Shown: in pieces, positions 1-9,481 of the stretch
Layout of the letters: each line of letters starts with the position of its first letter
Numbering within the stretch: position 1 is the stretch's first letter
Origin: Klebsiella pneumoniae
Lineage (GTDB): Bacteria; Myxococcota_A; UBA9042
Length of the DNA: 64,000 nt
Reading direction: 5' to 3'
NCBI GenBank assembly: GCA_945889325.1
Contig: CAMDBH010000002.1
Span: 39,242-103,241 of the forward strand
Notes under the pieces: model-generated
Told to the model about the DNA's origin: nothing
The model's input: the letters and a program-made list of their open reading frames with translations, nothing else
Database searches by the model: none
Position numbers and translations under genes: made by a program

Positions 1-148
1 CGACTGCGGAAATGGTTATCGCTCGTCTTAAAGCCAAAATGCAAATGTAACGATGCTTGGGTGCGTTTGGCTGAGCGCAGACACAAGGACTCTTGTTCCG
101 AGCAAATAGCTGCATTATTCTAAATGTTTTGAATGGGCGAGGTGTGCG

Positions 149-547
149 ATGGCAGCCGACTTGGTTCTGACGGACGACACCATTGAAATGATGGCCGACG
201 TCAATATGAACGGCAACACGTTGAATGCACACCAGTTGAACGTGGCTTTGAGTCTGCACGCACACCAGTTGAACGTGAAATCGAGCTTGAATGCACACAA
301 GGTGATTGTGGCTTCAAGTCTCGAAGTTGGAACGTTCTTCATTGGCGGGCAAAGTTTTAATGTTTTTCCAGGACCGATCATTCTGACCGGACCAACTCCA
401 ATTGCTTTACCTAGTCTGTTGCCGGATTCCGCAGTCGATGCGATACAAATGGTCGATAACATTGATCTCATCGAGGAAATTCGAACTCTGCGCGCGGAAA
501 TCAAGGCCTTGAGGTGGCAAATCAGTGTGCTTCTGGTGATTCCTTGA
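149..547 (+). CDS. hypothetical protein in low-GC segment. Contains two copies of an 18-nt DNA repeat (peptide AHQLNV x2) and a C-terminal coiled-coil-like tail. Coding strand uncertain: the 115..582 minus ORF overlaps it.
   Basis: ORF track. Direct repeat gcacaccagttgaacgtg at 229-246 and 265-282. Local GC visibly lower than the bulk. Confidence 0.25.
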   Translation: MAADLVLTDDTIEMMADVNMNGNTLNAHQLNVALSLHAHQLNVKSSLNAHKVIVASSLEVGTFFIGGQSFNVFPGPIILTGPTPIALPSLLPDSAVDAIQMVDNIDLIEEIRTLRAEIKALRWQISVLLVIP

Positions 548-853
548 ACGACGGATCGGCATCGTGCTCGGGATGATGTCAAACGGTGCGATTATCAACC
601 AACTGATTATGCAGATTAAATCATGCGCAACACACCTCTTCCTCTCGTTGTAAATCTGCATCAGGCAACATTTTGGCGAAGTTCGGTTTGGCGGCCCGTA
701 CCAGATGGCGCTCAAACCGAACACAAACACGGAGTTGCCAGACCAAAAACGACCGTTTGGCACCAGAAATCAAAATCTTGAAATGCGGTCGTATTCGACA
801 TTTTGCCCACGATGTAGAAAAAGTCTAATGAAAACTCGGAGTTTGACACAAAC

Positions 854-1714
854 ATGAGCGCAAAATCCATTCGCCAAGGTATGAACTGTTTGCACCCTCA
901 GGTCTCAGGAGACCGAAGCATGCGTCGCGACCTCTTTTCCTTGCCGGATATGCCTGCGGCGCTATTTAGCGGAGGCGCATCAACTTTGGCACCTTCAGGC
1001 ATTGCGCCGACGTTATTGAGTACAAAGGCAATGCAAACTATCCTTACGACAAAAAGCATAGACCTAGTGTGTGTTCTTCTCGGTTTCAGTGACTTAGCAT
1101 TGTACGGTCTGGGCCAGCGGATGAGACGCGCTGTGCGATGCGTGCAGGATGCCCGCGCGATTCTGCATGCCGGCGGGGCCGCCTCTATCGGGAAGGCGAC
1201 TTGGAAATTCTACGACTGGAAATTTATTCATGAAAATATTGGCTACACGCTGCCAGTGTTTCAACAACCGTCTTGCACGCAGGAGGTTCTCGACAACATC
1301 GCTGCGGCAAACCTCACATTTCTCGCACCCAAGGGTACAGAAGTGTTGGTTTTTTTTGTAGAGGCACTCCCTGGATATCAAGGGATCGACATGTATGGCC
1401 CAAATGCGCCAATTTTCGTGGCAATAGGCGGAGGGTGCCAACTGACGATCGTTGCGCCAGTTCCAGGCGAGGACATTCTCGGCGACACCCTCGCGCACGA
1501 ACTAGGACACCGTGCCGGCCTCGATCATGCCGAGTGTGACAATCAGTTCAAACCGCTCTGCGGCGATCCACCAAGCGCGACTTACCACTGTTTGGCCACG
1601 ACCAAACCGTGCTACACCACCAATTTGATGACGGGTGTGAATCCAGGTACCCAACTTGAGCCGTACCAAGCTGCTGCTTTTACAAACATTGCAAATATCG
1701 CCCCATGTTACTGA
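854..1714 (+). CDS. zinc metalloprotease of metzincin type (HEXXHXXGXXH)
   Basis: Motif HELGHRAGLDH in the translation, followed by a possible Met-turn (NLMTG). Lower GC than the window bulk. Confidence 0.55.
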   Translation: MSAKSIRQGMNCLHPQVSGDRSMRRDLFSLPDMPAALFSGGASTLAPSGIAPTLLSTKAMQTILTTKSIDLVCVLLGFSDLALYGLGQRMRRAVRCVQDARAILHAGGAASIGKATWKFYDWKFIHENIGYTLPVFQQPSCTQEVLDNIAAANLTFLAPKGTEVLVFFVEALPGYQGIDMYGPNAPIFVAIGGGCQLTIVAPVPGEDILGDTLAHELGHRAGLDHAECDNQFKPLCGDPPSATYHCLATTKPCYTTNLMTGVNPGTQLEPYQAAAFTNIANIAPCY

Positions 1715-1746
1715 ACGGAACCAGAGCTACTCGCCGTTGTGGCCAA

Positions 1747-2409
1747 ATGTCCGCGGGTATGTTCGGCACATCTCGCTTGCGGTTGTGTTTGGCTTACCTA
1801 ACGCTGGTCATGCTGACTGCTTGCGAAGCCGCCACTTCGCCTGCGGTGCCGTGCAGCTCTACCAACGTTTGCAAGTATGATGGCCTGTGTTCCGGTGTTG
1901 TGCCGGATTGCTTCGCTGCTAGCCGAGACGACTGCAGAATGTCGTCCATTTGTCGACATTCTGCCCGGTGCACAAACGTCGACGGTAAATGCGTGCTTGG
2001 ATCTGACGACTGTCGCGCGTGGGATGATTGCGTGAACGCTGACTACGAATGTCCAACTTGCCCGCCGACCTGCTACGCGTATTGCCGACGGGATGGATTA
2101 TGCACGGTTGTAGGCGGCAAGTGTGCCGCGGCGACGGACAAGGACTGCGCGGGCTCCAAGATTTGCGCTGTTCTTGGCAAATGCACCGCAAAAAGTCAAA
2201 AATGCGTTCCCGGATCCGACACCGATTGTCGCGCCAGCAGCTATTGCAAGGCGTACGGCAACTGCAGTCTCAAAAACGAAGTGTGTCTGCCCGGTTCGCT
2301 GACCGATTGCACCGAATCTGAGGAGTGCCAGGCACCCGCGAAGTGTACGTTCGAGGACGGGGTGTGTTGCAGCGCGGAATTCCGCATTCCGGGCCACGGA
2401 TGCAAGTGA
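1747..2409 (+). CDS. cysteine-rich secreted lipoprotein with repeated GxC...DxDC...C...GxC modules
   Basis: Signal peptide plus lipobox (…LTLVMLTAC). About 40 Cys in regularly spaced modules. Immediately downstream of the metzincin gene. Confidence 0.5.
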   Translation: MSAGMFGTSRLRLCLAYLTLVMLTACEAATSPAVPCSSTNVCKYDGLCSGVVPDCFAASRDDCRMSSICRHSARCTNVDGKCVLGSDDCRAWDDCVNADYECPTCPPTCYAYCRRDGLCTVVGGKCAAATDKDCAGSKICAVLGKCTAKSQKCVPGSDTDCRASSYCKAYGNCSLKNEVCLPGSLTDCTESEECQAPAKCTFEDGVCCSAEFRIPGHGCK

Positions 2410-2753
2410 CCGCTCAAATGTCTAGAAAAATCTGCGACTCCTGTTGAACTAAGCCGCCAACGCGGCGAACCGCCCGCGGCCCAATGCTGTTCGGTTGCAG
2501 CAAATCGACGTGGTAGCCGAAACGCGTCAAACAGGCTGCCTTCACCCAACGCTTCATGCACGATAGCAGCGACTTGTGCGTCCGAGGGCACAACAAGCAG
2601 GTCGGCGTCGCGGGTAAATTCAAGGGGTCCATCGGCATCGCCGAGCGTCGGATCCCACGCCAGCAGCGCGGCGGAACCCGCGACCGTTACTTGCTCGCAG
2701 CCGGTCAACGCGCGCACCGCGTCAATTAGGTGGATCAATGCCGGTAGCCGCAC
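2241..2753 (-). CDS. minimal nucleotidyltransferase (Pol-beta superfamily)-like protein
   Basis: hGS…DxD pattern (VAGSAALLAW…TRDADLLVV). Overlaps the upstream ORF by ~19 nt, suggesting a two-gene cassette. Confidence 0.35.
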   Translation of the reverse strand: MRLPALIHLIDAVRALTGCEQVTVAGSAALLAWDPTLGDADGPLEFTRDADLLVVPSDAQVAAIVHEALGEGSLFDAFRLPRRFAATEQHWAAGGSPRWRLSSTGVADFSRHLSGHLHPWPGMRNSALQHTPSSNVHFAGAWHSSDSVQSVSEPGRHTSFLRLQLPYALQ

Positions 2754-3037
2754 AAATCCCTCGCTTTGCGCCGCACCTCGCGCGGAAGCAGGCCGGCGAG
2801 CGGAGCGAACTCCCGCAGGCGTTGGCTCTGGGCATCAGGGGCGCGCAACACCTGTTGCAGGTGGGCCATACCTTGCGCCGACGCGCGAGCATCCGCCAAC
2901 AACACGTCCCAACAATCAAGCCATTTGTCCCCGTGCGCACCGAGTTGCCGCCAATGCGTGTTGGTCGCCTGCGCGGTTTGCAACAGTGCGGGGTCGGCCA
3001 GAAGCGCGTCGGCCACAAGTTCTGCGAACGTTGACAT
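2735..3037 (-). CDS. small hypothetical protein, partner of the NTase-like gene. Start set at the internal Met MSTFAEL…; the ORF is open to 3241.
   Basis: ORF track. Contains an Rx4H-like motif (RQLGAH). Gene overlap with the downstream NTase-like ORF. Confidence 0.3.
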   Translation of the reverse strand: MSTFAELVADALLADPALLQTAQATNTHWRQLGAHGDKWLDCWDVLLADARASAQGMAHLQQVLRAPDAQSQRLREFAPLAGLLPREVRRKARDLCGYRH

Positions 3038-3786
3038 GGTTTGCTTTGCCCGCAAATGCGCGACTTCTTGGTATTTTACCAAACCGCGGTCGATTTGTCC
3101 ACTGCCGATGGACCCGCCAATCCGTGGCGCCCGCCCACCAAAAACAAAATCACAAACTGCGCGGAACGCGCGGAACGCGCGGGAGCTAAAAATTGCAGAT
3201 TGGGCAAAAATCATCAAACATAACCCTCGATCCGCGCCCATTCATCCACCGCTTGTCCGTGGTTCACCAATCACGTGCGCGATCCCGAGGCCAAAAAATT
3301 TGCGCGGCAAATTTTTTGACGAAAGACGCGCCGGCACGTGCACTTATCGCGGGCCCATCTCTTCTCCGTCCGCTGCCTGCGGCAGGATCCATTTGCGCCG
3401 CGCGCAAATGCAACGGTTAGTGCAGCGGGATAAAAGCATGAATTTAATGGCAAAAGCGCGCGGGGGTGCAGGGGGCCGCCGCGCGAAGCGGCCCCCTGCT
3501 CGCCGATAGGCGAAACCAATCTAAAGATAACAATGTGTTACAACCGCGCGCCGTGAGGCGCAAAACAAGCCTTTGCAAATGAAAGCCGCGCCGTGAGGCG
3601 CAAAACAAGCCTTTGCAAACGCACGCCGCGCCGCTAGGCGCCCAACCTGCCGGAGGCAAAAGCCATGCGCAGCATAATGTTAGCACCGCTACGCAGTCGC
3701 GTAATCGACCTGAAGGTCAGCTATGCCAAACAAAATCCAAATGAAAGCTGGACCGCTCAGGGCAAAACCCGCCGGGAGGCGCCCCA

Positions 3787-4536
3787 TCAATCGATCAAAG
3801 CCTTCAAAGCCTTAGCACTGCGCAACGGCTGATGCACGACTTCAGTTAGCAGCGACGCCAAGTGATCTTCAATAATCCTGAACATTTGGGGCGGCAAGGC
3901 GTCGATCAGATCCAGCGTCGGCGGCGACTGCGTCAAGACCGCCAAAACCAGCAACCACGCGGCGGGCAAACGCGGACCCGACGCACCGGCACATTCCAAA
4001 CAAATCAGACCGTGCGCGGCCTGCGGCCAAACTGCGCCCGCGGCGTTGGTTCTGCCACACTGGGCACATTGTTGAACGTCGGGGAAAAGGCCCAGCGCTT
4101 GCAGAAAACTGACCTCCAAAAGCACGCGGGCGGCGCGAAGTTGCTCATCGCCTACGGCCGACGCGAGTGACAGGGCGGCCTGAAGCCAGTGATACAGCGG
4201 CAAATCCGCATGATCTGGCTGACTTGCTACGATCGCGAGTTCCGTTGCATACGAAGCAAGGGCCAGTTGCGCGTAGGTGACGCCTTCATTTCGCCATTGT
4301 TTTATCGGCTGAACCTCGGCCAATGTGTCAAGGCTGCCGCGGCTGTGTTGAGCGAAAACCGTCAGCTCGGCAAAGGGTTGCAGCAAACCTGCGAAGCGGT
4401 GGCGGCTGGTTTTGGCGCCGCGGGCCAAGACGTCGCGGCGGCCGCTCTGCTCGGTCAACAGGGCCACGATCACGTTGGCGTCCCCCAACGGCTGCAGGCG
4501 CAGGACCAGACAGGCTCCCCAGTCGGCGGCGGGCAT
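3787..4536 (-). CDS. recO: DNA repair protein RecO
   Basis: N-terminal RecO OB-fold pattern (LRLQPLGDANVIVALLTEQSGRRDVLARGAK). Zn-finger CxxC…CxxC (CAQCGR…CLECAG). Length 249 aa. Confidence 0.8.
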   Translation of the reverse strand: MPAADWGACLVLRLQPLGDANVIVALLTEQSGRRDVLARGAKTSRHRFAGLLQPFAELTVFAQHSRGSLDTLAEVQPIKQWRNEGVTYAQLALASYATELAIVASQPDHADLPLYHWLQAALSLASAVGDEQLRAARVLLEVSFLQALGLFPDVQQCAQCGRTNAAGAVWPQAAHGLICLECAGASGPRLPAAWLLVLAVLTQSPPTLDLIDALPPQMFRIIEDHLASLLTEVVHQPLRSAKALKALID

Positions 4537-4545
4537 TTGTTTTTA

Positions 4546-5220
4546 TTAGCGAATCGCGCCCGGCGTCGCGCCCAAAGGCGCGGGACCGGCGTGACTGGCG
4601 GGCGGCGGCAGAGGTCGGCGACTGACGGGTTGCGCAGGCGCCGGGACGAGTTGCGCGGGCGCGGCGGCAGTGGCGGGCGCGACCGTTTGGCCCCTGTTGG
4701 CGGCGGTTTGCACGGCGCGTTTGCCGCGGGCTTGGTAGGCAAAAACGGCGATGATCGCTGCGGTCGCGGCGAGCAGGACCAATTGCGCCGGCGACAGGCC
4801 GCGGATGGGACGGGCATGATCGCGGAAATAATCAGGCATTGTCGCCAGTTGAGGTTCATCAAGCGGCATAATGGCTGCGGTAAGTTCGGCGCGAGCAGCT
4901 GTTTGCGCTTCATAGCCTTCTAGCAACTGTTCGGCATCGATTTCGAGGAACTGGCTGTAAATTCGTATAAATCCACGGACGTAAACCGGCGCAGCCAAGT
5001 CTTCGAAACGGTCCTCCTCCAAAGCGAGCAACACGGCGCGGGTCAAGCGGGTGGCGCGCATGACGGCCTCAAGGCTGACGCCTCGGGTTTCCCGTCTCTG
5101 CCGAAATTTCGCGCCGACTGTGTTCAAACCCTTGCCTCGAAACTTTTGCGTGACATTTTTGCGGTGACGACTTTTGCCCGACGCTGCGCAATTTGTTCGC
5201 ACAACGTCGCAGGATTGCAA
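4546..5220 (-). CDS. RodZ-like cytoskeleton protein with XRE-type HTH domain. True start is probably internal (non-ATG).
   Basis: HTH region (LGAKFRQRRETRGVSLEAVMRATRLTRAVLLALEEDRFEDL…YVRGFIRIY), a TM segment (LVLLAATAAIIAVFAY) and a Pro/Ala-rich tail, as in RodZ. Confidence 0.5.
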   Translation of the reverse strand: MQSCDVVRTNCAASGKSRHRKNVTQKFRGKGLNTVGAKFRQRRETRGVSLEAVMRATRLTRAVLLALEEDRFEDLAAPVYVRGFIRIYSQFLEIDAEQLLEGYEAQTAARAELTAAIMPLDEPQLATMPDYFRDHARPIRGLSPAQLVLLAATAAIIAVFAYQARGKRAVQTAANRGQTVAPATAAAPAQLVPAPAQPVSRRPLPPPASHAGPAPLGATPGAIR

Positions 5221-5461
5221 ATCATGTGCTCAAGGATCCCCGAGATCCGCGGCCAAACGACCGCCGATCGCCGCGCATTGATACCGCGCGGAGCGCTGGG
5301 TTGCAACCCGCCGCGCGGCGCTTGGACCTTCAGGCGTGGGGCGGATAAAATGTTAATTATCATCACATTGCGGATGGGTGGCTGCGTGCGAGCGCAACGT
5401 CGAAAAATATTTGTCAACTATCGCCAAGGGATAGCGATGACCAGTTTTTTGCTTTTTTGCC

Positions 5462-7453
5462 TCAATCCAAGCGCCGCAGGGCGTCCACTGGGGCCCGCGA
5501 CGCGGCGCGTTGCGCGCTGAACCACGCGGCGGCAAAAGCGAGCAGGGTAGCGGCACCGCCGGCCAGGAAAAACGACGCCGGTTCGACGAGAACGGGCAGA
5601 CGTGAAATCAAATAGACTTGCGGATCAAGGGGATATCCGACAGCATCGAGCAGCAGACAACTCAGCCCACCGATCAAAAGACCGATAAAGGTGCCAAAAA
5701 GACCGACGGCCAAGCCCTGAACCAAGAAAATCGCCGCCACTGAACGGCGAGTCGCCCCCATTGCGCGCAAGATCGCGATTTCGCGGGCGCGTTCGTGCAC
5801 AACGACGGCCTGCGTGCCGACGACATTGAGCGCCGCCACCAGCACAATAATAAATGGAAATAATGACATCGCGATCTTTTGCATGCGGGCGGCGTCGAAA
5901 ATGTTGCGGTTCATTTCCTCCCAGTCGATGACGCGGTAATTGCCGACTGGTTTGGTTTTGATCTGGCGACCGACCCGCGAGGCTGAAACCAAGTTGTCGA
6001 CCAAAGCCAGCGAGTCGTCGGCGGCGCGAATTTCTGCGCCCGCCACTTGCGGCTGCCCCAGTTCCAGCAATTTTTGCCGCAGCAGTTGGCTATTGCTCAA
6101 TAGGTCTGACATTTCTGTAGGCTCAAGCGCGGCCTTGAAAACATCGACCTGATTGGCGGCCAAAATCGGATCGACCACGCGCACTTCAATCCAGCGTGCG
6201 ATGTCGCCGCGGGCCAAAAAGCGCTGCGCCGCGGTAAAATCGGTCAGCGCCAAACGTTGATCGTGATCGTGAAAACCGGTGCGCAAGATGGCTGAAACGG
6301 TAAACCGCCCCGATGCGCTGGGCATCGCCTGATCGGTGCCGCGATCAATGCCGCGCATCGGCGACACCGCCCGCACTTCATCGCCGATTTTCACCTGCAG
6401 GCGCTTGGCCAGCCCCTCGCCCAACATCATGGTTGGCAACTCGGCGCCAAACGACTGCCATTCGCTGATATCTTTAACGATTGTGGAAATTTGTTCTGGC
6501 AGAGTCAGGGCCAAAGCCGCTACTTCGACGTTGACAACAGCAACCGCTGCGGCCGAGATCGCCAGGGCGTCGCTCGGCCCTGGGACTCTGAAATTGTTTC
6601 CATTGTGCAAGATGACGCTGGTGGTCTGGCCGTCGAGCACCGTGATTGTTTGTTCTTTTTGTTGGCCCCCGTCAAACCAGCGCAAATTATAGGCGCCTGG
6701 CCCCAGTTCCCAACTGCCCACGACGGCGCAAGGGCTGCGGCTGCCACGGCGCACGGTGTCCTTGCTCTCAATCTGATTGACAAATATCTGCACATCCCCC
6801 GTCAGCGTCGGATCTTTTTGGCCGCAGCCGTTGGCGTCGAACACGAGAATTTGCCCAATCCCGCCGCCGGGAGCGACCACCGCAACGGGCACAAGCCAGC
6901 GTTTTTCCGGCGGTCCGCCGACAACAAGCACATGGCGCGCGCCACTGACGCCACGGCTGACCTGTAGGCCGTTTTTGTTGAGAACGGTCACGGGTAACTC
7001 ACCTTGTTCATCCAAATGTCCTGCGACTATGGCGCCTTCGGGCAAGGCTTTGAGGGTGGTCAAAGGCACGCCGCGCACAATTGCGCCCGCCCGGCCCATG
7101 GCGGCGGAAAGCATCATGTCGTCATAAGTGGCGGGGGAAACGTTACGCACACTTGGAATACTGTTCAGTTTATTTGCGACGTCGCGGTAATCGCGTAGGT
7201 CGACGCCGCGGCGCATGATCACCAGGTGCGGATACGTGGCCAGAATGCGATCTTGAAAAGCTGCTTGAAAACCCGTGTTTACGGCAAGAACCACGATCAA
7301 CGCCGCCACGCCGAGCGCGATCCCCGCGACCGACATCGCCGTCACCAGCGACAGGTGAACGCTGCGCCGCGACCGCAAAAGCCTTGCGGCAATCAACAGT
7401 TCAAAAAAGCGATCTGGCAACGGCGTTCGGGTTTGGTTTTTGGGCAAAGGCAT
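5462..7453 (-). CDS. ABC transporter permease, FtsX/LolC/LolE-like, with large periplasmic domain
   Basis: N-terminal pattern FELLIAARLLRSRRS…TAMSVAGIALGVAALIVVLAVNTGF…YPHLVIM. C-terminal FtsX 3-TM bundle (…ILRAMGATRRSVAAIFLVQGLAVGL…). Start chosen at MPLPKNQ. Confidence 0.7.
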   Translation of the reverse strand: MPLPKNQTRTPLPDRFFELLIAARLLRSRRSVHLSLVTAMSVAGIALGVAALIVVLAVNTGFQAAFQDRILATYPHLVIMRRGVDLRDYRDVANKLNSIPSVRNVSPATYDDMMLSAAMGRAGAIVRGVPLTTLKALPEGAIVAGHLDEQGELPVTVLNKNGLQVSRGVSGARHVLVVGGPPEKRWLVPVAVVAPGGGIGQILVFDANGCGQKDPTLTGDVQIFVNQIESKDTVRRGSRSPCAVVGSWELGPGAYNLRWFDGGQQKEQTITVLDGQTTSVILHNGNNFRVPGPSDALAISAAAVAVVNVEVAALALTLPEQISTIVKDISEWQSFGAELPTMMLGEGLAKRLQVKIGDEVRAVSPMRGIDRGTDQAMPSASGRFTVSAILRTGFHDHDQRLALTDFTAAQRFLARGDIARWIEVRVVDPILAANQVDVFKAALEPTEMSDLLSNSQLLRQKLLELGQPQVAGAEIRAADDSLALVDNLVSASRVGRQIKTKPVGNYRVIDWEEMNRNIFDAARMQKIAMSLFPFIIVLVAALNVVGTQAVVVHERAREIAILRAMGATRRSVAAIFLVQGLAVGLFGTFIGLLIGGLSCLLLDAVGYPLDPQVYLISRLPVLVEPASFFLAGGAATLLAFAAAWFSAQRAASRAPVDALRRLD

Positions 7454-7584
7454 ACAGTGATAGAAGTAGGGTTGGTCTTGACCGGGTGCGACCGGCGATC
7501 GCATCCTGCGCGCACGCCGTGGCGGCCGCACAGTGGCACGCGCACGCGGGCATCGCAAGCCGATCGACAACCCATGAGGCAGAA

Positions 7585-9336
7585 ATGCAACGCAACTTCC
7601 TAATATTCCTGACGCTAAGCGCCGCGCTGATCGGCGGCTGCGGCGACCCGCCCCTGTCAAAGAGCGATGCCACCGCGGCGAGCGACGTCGGTTTGGTCGT
7701 CAATGGCGACGTGTCGGCCGAAGAAGCTGGCGCGGACGGCGGCAGCGACAACGGCGACGACGTTGCGACTGCGGACACGGCAGTTGCCGATTCCGTGCCG
7801 ACTGACGCGCCGGCGGTGGATGCCGCGGCCTCGGACGCACCAGTCGCAGATATACCGATTGTTGATACACTTTCACCTGATGACACGGGCGATGACGTCG
7901 CTCTGCAGACCTTTGAAGTGGTGGGCTCCGTTCCCGCCGACGGATCGGCGGGACTAGCTCAACCATTGATTTTTACGATTGAATTTAATGATGTCGTCAA
8001 GGGGGAATCGTTCACGCCGTATACGGCTTTTGTCAAAACCAGCACCGGCGACGAAGTGGCGGGCAGTTGGCTAACCACTGAAAAGAAAGTCACTTTTACC
8101 GCCAGCGCCAGCGTACCCTTTGCCACGCGCATCAACGTGACTTTGACCAATTTGATTCAAGCGAAGAAAGGCAATTCTTTGCAAGATCAGAAACTTCTGC
8201 ATTTTTATACCATGGCGATGCCCAAGATGGAGCCGTATGCCAAACTGGCTGCGCGTTATGCGCCGACGATCCGGCAAGGCCTCAACGATGGCGGGCCGAA
8301 GTACGATGTGATGCGGGCCATTGACTTCGACGACAATTGGAATTTGTCGGATAACCTCAAGAATACTGCGCTTGTAGATCCCGTGCCGACGGTTGCGTGG
8401 AGCGTCATTGAGTCGCAAAGTCACTTTTACATTTTCTACGTTTTCTATTGGCCCAGCCGTATCGCACTGGATGCCGGTGTGGCTTACGACAATGACAGCG
8501 CGGGAAGCCTTGTAACAATTGAGAAATATCCTGTTGAACGGCCCGTTGCGCTGACGACGTATTTCAAAGCCAAGGGCGACGAGGAAATGTGGACCTGGAT
8601 CACCAGTGAAAGTGGCCTGCCATCGGCGAAAAATCCGTTCATTCGCGGGGTGTTGGCCCAAGATCAACTGTTTCCTAAAGCCGGCGATCCGCTAGACCAG
8701 TTTGGTTGTGAAAGTGTCGCCAACTGTGTGCCGCGGCGGTACCCAGCCTACCTGACCGCGGGAAACCATCAGAGTTGCCTCTGGTTAGACGGCGGCGATG
8801 CCGGGGCCAAGCAGTGCGTCAACAACGCCTTTACCCAAAGCAATCTGATCGCGATCGATTTCAAGCCCAGCGACAAGCCGATTGCGATCAAAGCCAAGGG
8901 CGCCAATCCGCCCTTGACGGCACTTTACGGCTTGCAACATCTGGATGCTTCTTGGTGGCCGCACCGCGATGAGGCTGGAGAGACAGCACTTTTTGCCGAT
9001 AGCACCTTTCAATACGTCGGTCCGCCTGGCCGACCTGCTGGGCCGAAACAATCGATTGGCGGAAAATTTTTCAATAAAAACGCTGATTTCTCGCGTCCGC
9101 CGTGGGCTTGGCGCTGGCTGCCGACCTCGCTTAGCCAGAGTTACTACGACATGCCGCGCGGTACGCCGTTTTACGATCCGGCCTTTGCGCTGTTTGAGCG
9201 TTTGGGCGGCGATGACAAGAAGTTGCCGGTTTGGAATCCGACAACTAAGACAGGATTTTCGCAGGATTATTGCCTGCAAGCGTTTTTTCAGATCGACAAG
9301 CGCGACGAGGCCAACTGCCTGTATAAATGGCCTTGA
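7585..9336 (+). CDS. lipoprotein with Asp/Ala-rich linker, Ig-like domain and large C-terminal domain of unknown function
   Basis: Signal peptide and lipobox (MQRNFLIFLTLSAALIGGC). Beta-sandwich-like segment (QTFEVVGSVPADGS…FTIEFND…VTFTASASVPF). Confidence 0.55.
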   Translation: MQRNFLIFLTLSAALIGGCGDPPLSKSDATAASDVGLVVNGDVSAEEAGADGGSDNGDDVATADTAVADSVPTDAPAVDAAASDAPVADIPIVDTLSPDDTGDDVALQTFEVVGSVPADGSAGLAQPLIFTIEFNDVVKGESFTPYTAFVKTSTGDEVAGSWLTTEKKVTFTASASVPFATRINVTLTNLIQAKKGNSLQDQKLLHFYTMAMPKMEPYAKLAARYAPTIRQGLNDGGPKYDVMRAIDFDDNWNLSDNLKNTALVDPVPTVAWSVIESQSHFYIFYVFYWPSRIALDAGVAYDNDSAGSLVTIEKYPVERPVALTTYFKAKGDEEMWTWITSESGLPSAKNPFIRGVLAQDQLFPKAGDPLDQFGCESVANCVPRRYPAYLTAGNHQSCLWLDGGDAGAKQCVNNAFTQSNLIAIDFKPSDKPIAIKAKGANPPLTALYGLQHLDASWWPHRDEAGETALFADSTFQYVGPPGRPAGPKQSIGGKFFNKNADFSRPPWAWRWLPTSLSQSYYDMPRGTPFYDPAFALFERLGGDDKKLPVWNPTTKTGFSQDYCLQAFFQIDKRDEANCLYKWP

Positions 9337-9481
9337 AGTCGATTTTGACGCAAAAAATGACGCACTGCGTTGACAAACGCGCGTTAGGACCTATTTTGGG
9401 GTCGCGTGCGCGGGTGCGGGCGCATGTAACTTTCGGTTTGCAGCAAAAGTCTGCGCCGCCCCGACAATTCAGGAAATATTC

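Noticed and set aside
3544-3640. Possible CRISPR array
   Set aside because: Only 2 to 3 repeat copies of ~42-bp period, the spacers are not unique-length unrelated sequences, and no cas genes are nearby. More consistent with a REP-like tandem element.
4189-4923. 244-aa plus-strand ORF antisense to recO and the rodZ-like gene
   Set aside because: Spans two genes on the other strand; no motifs.
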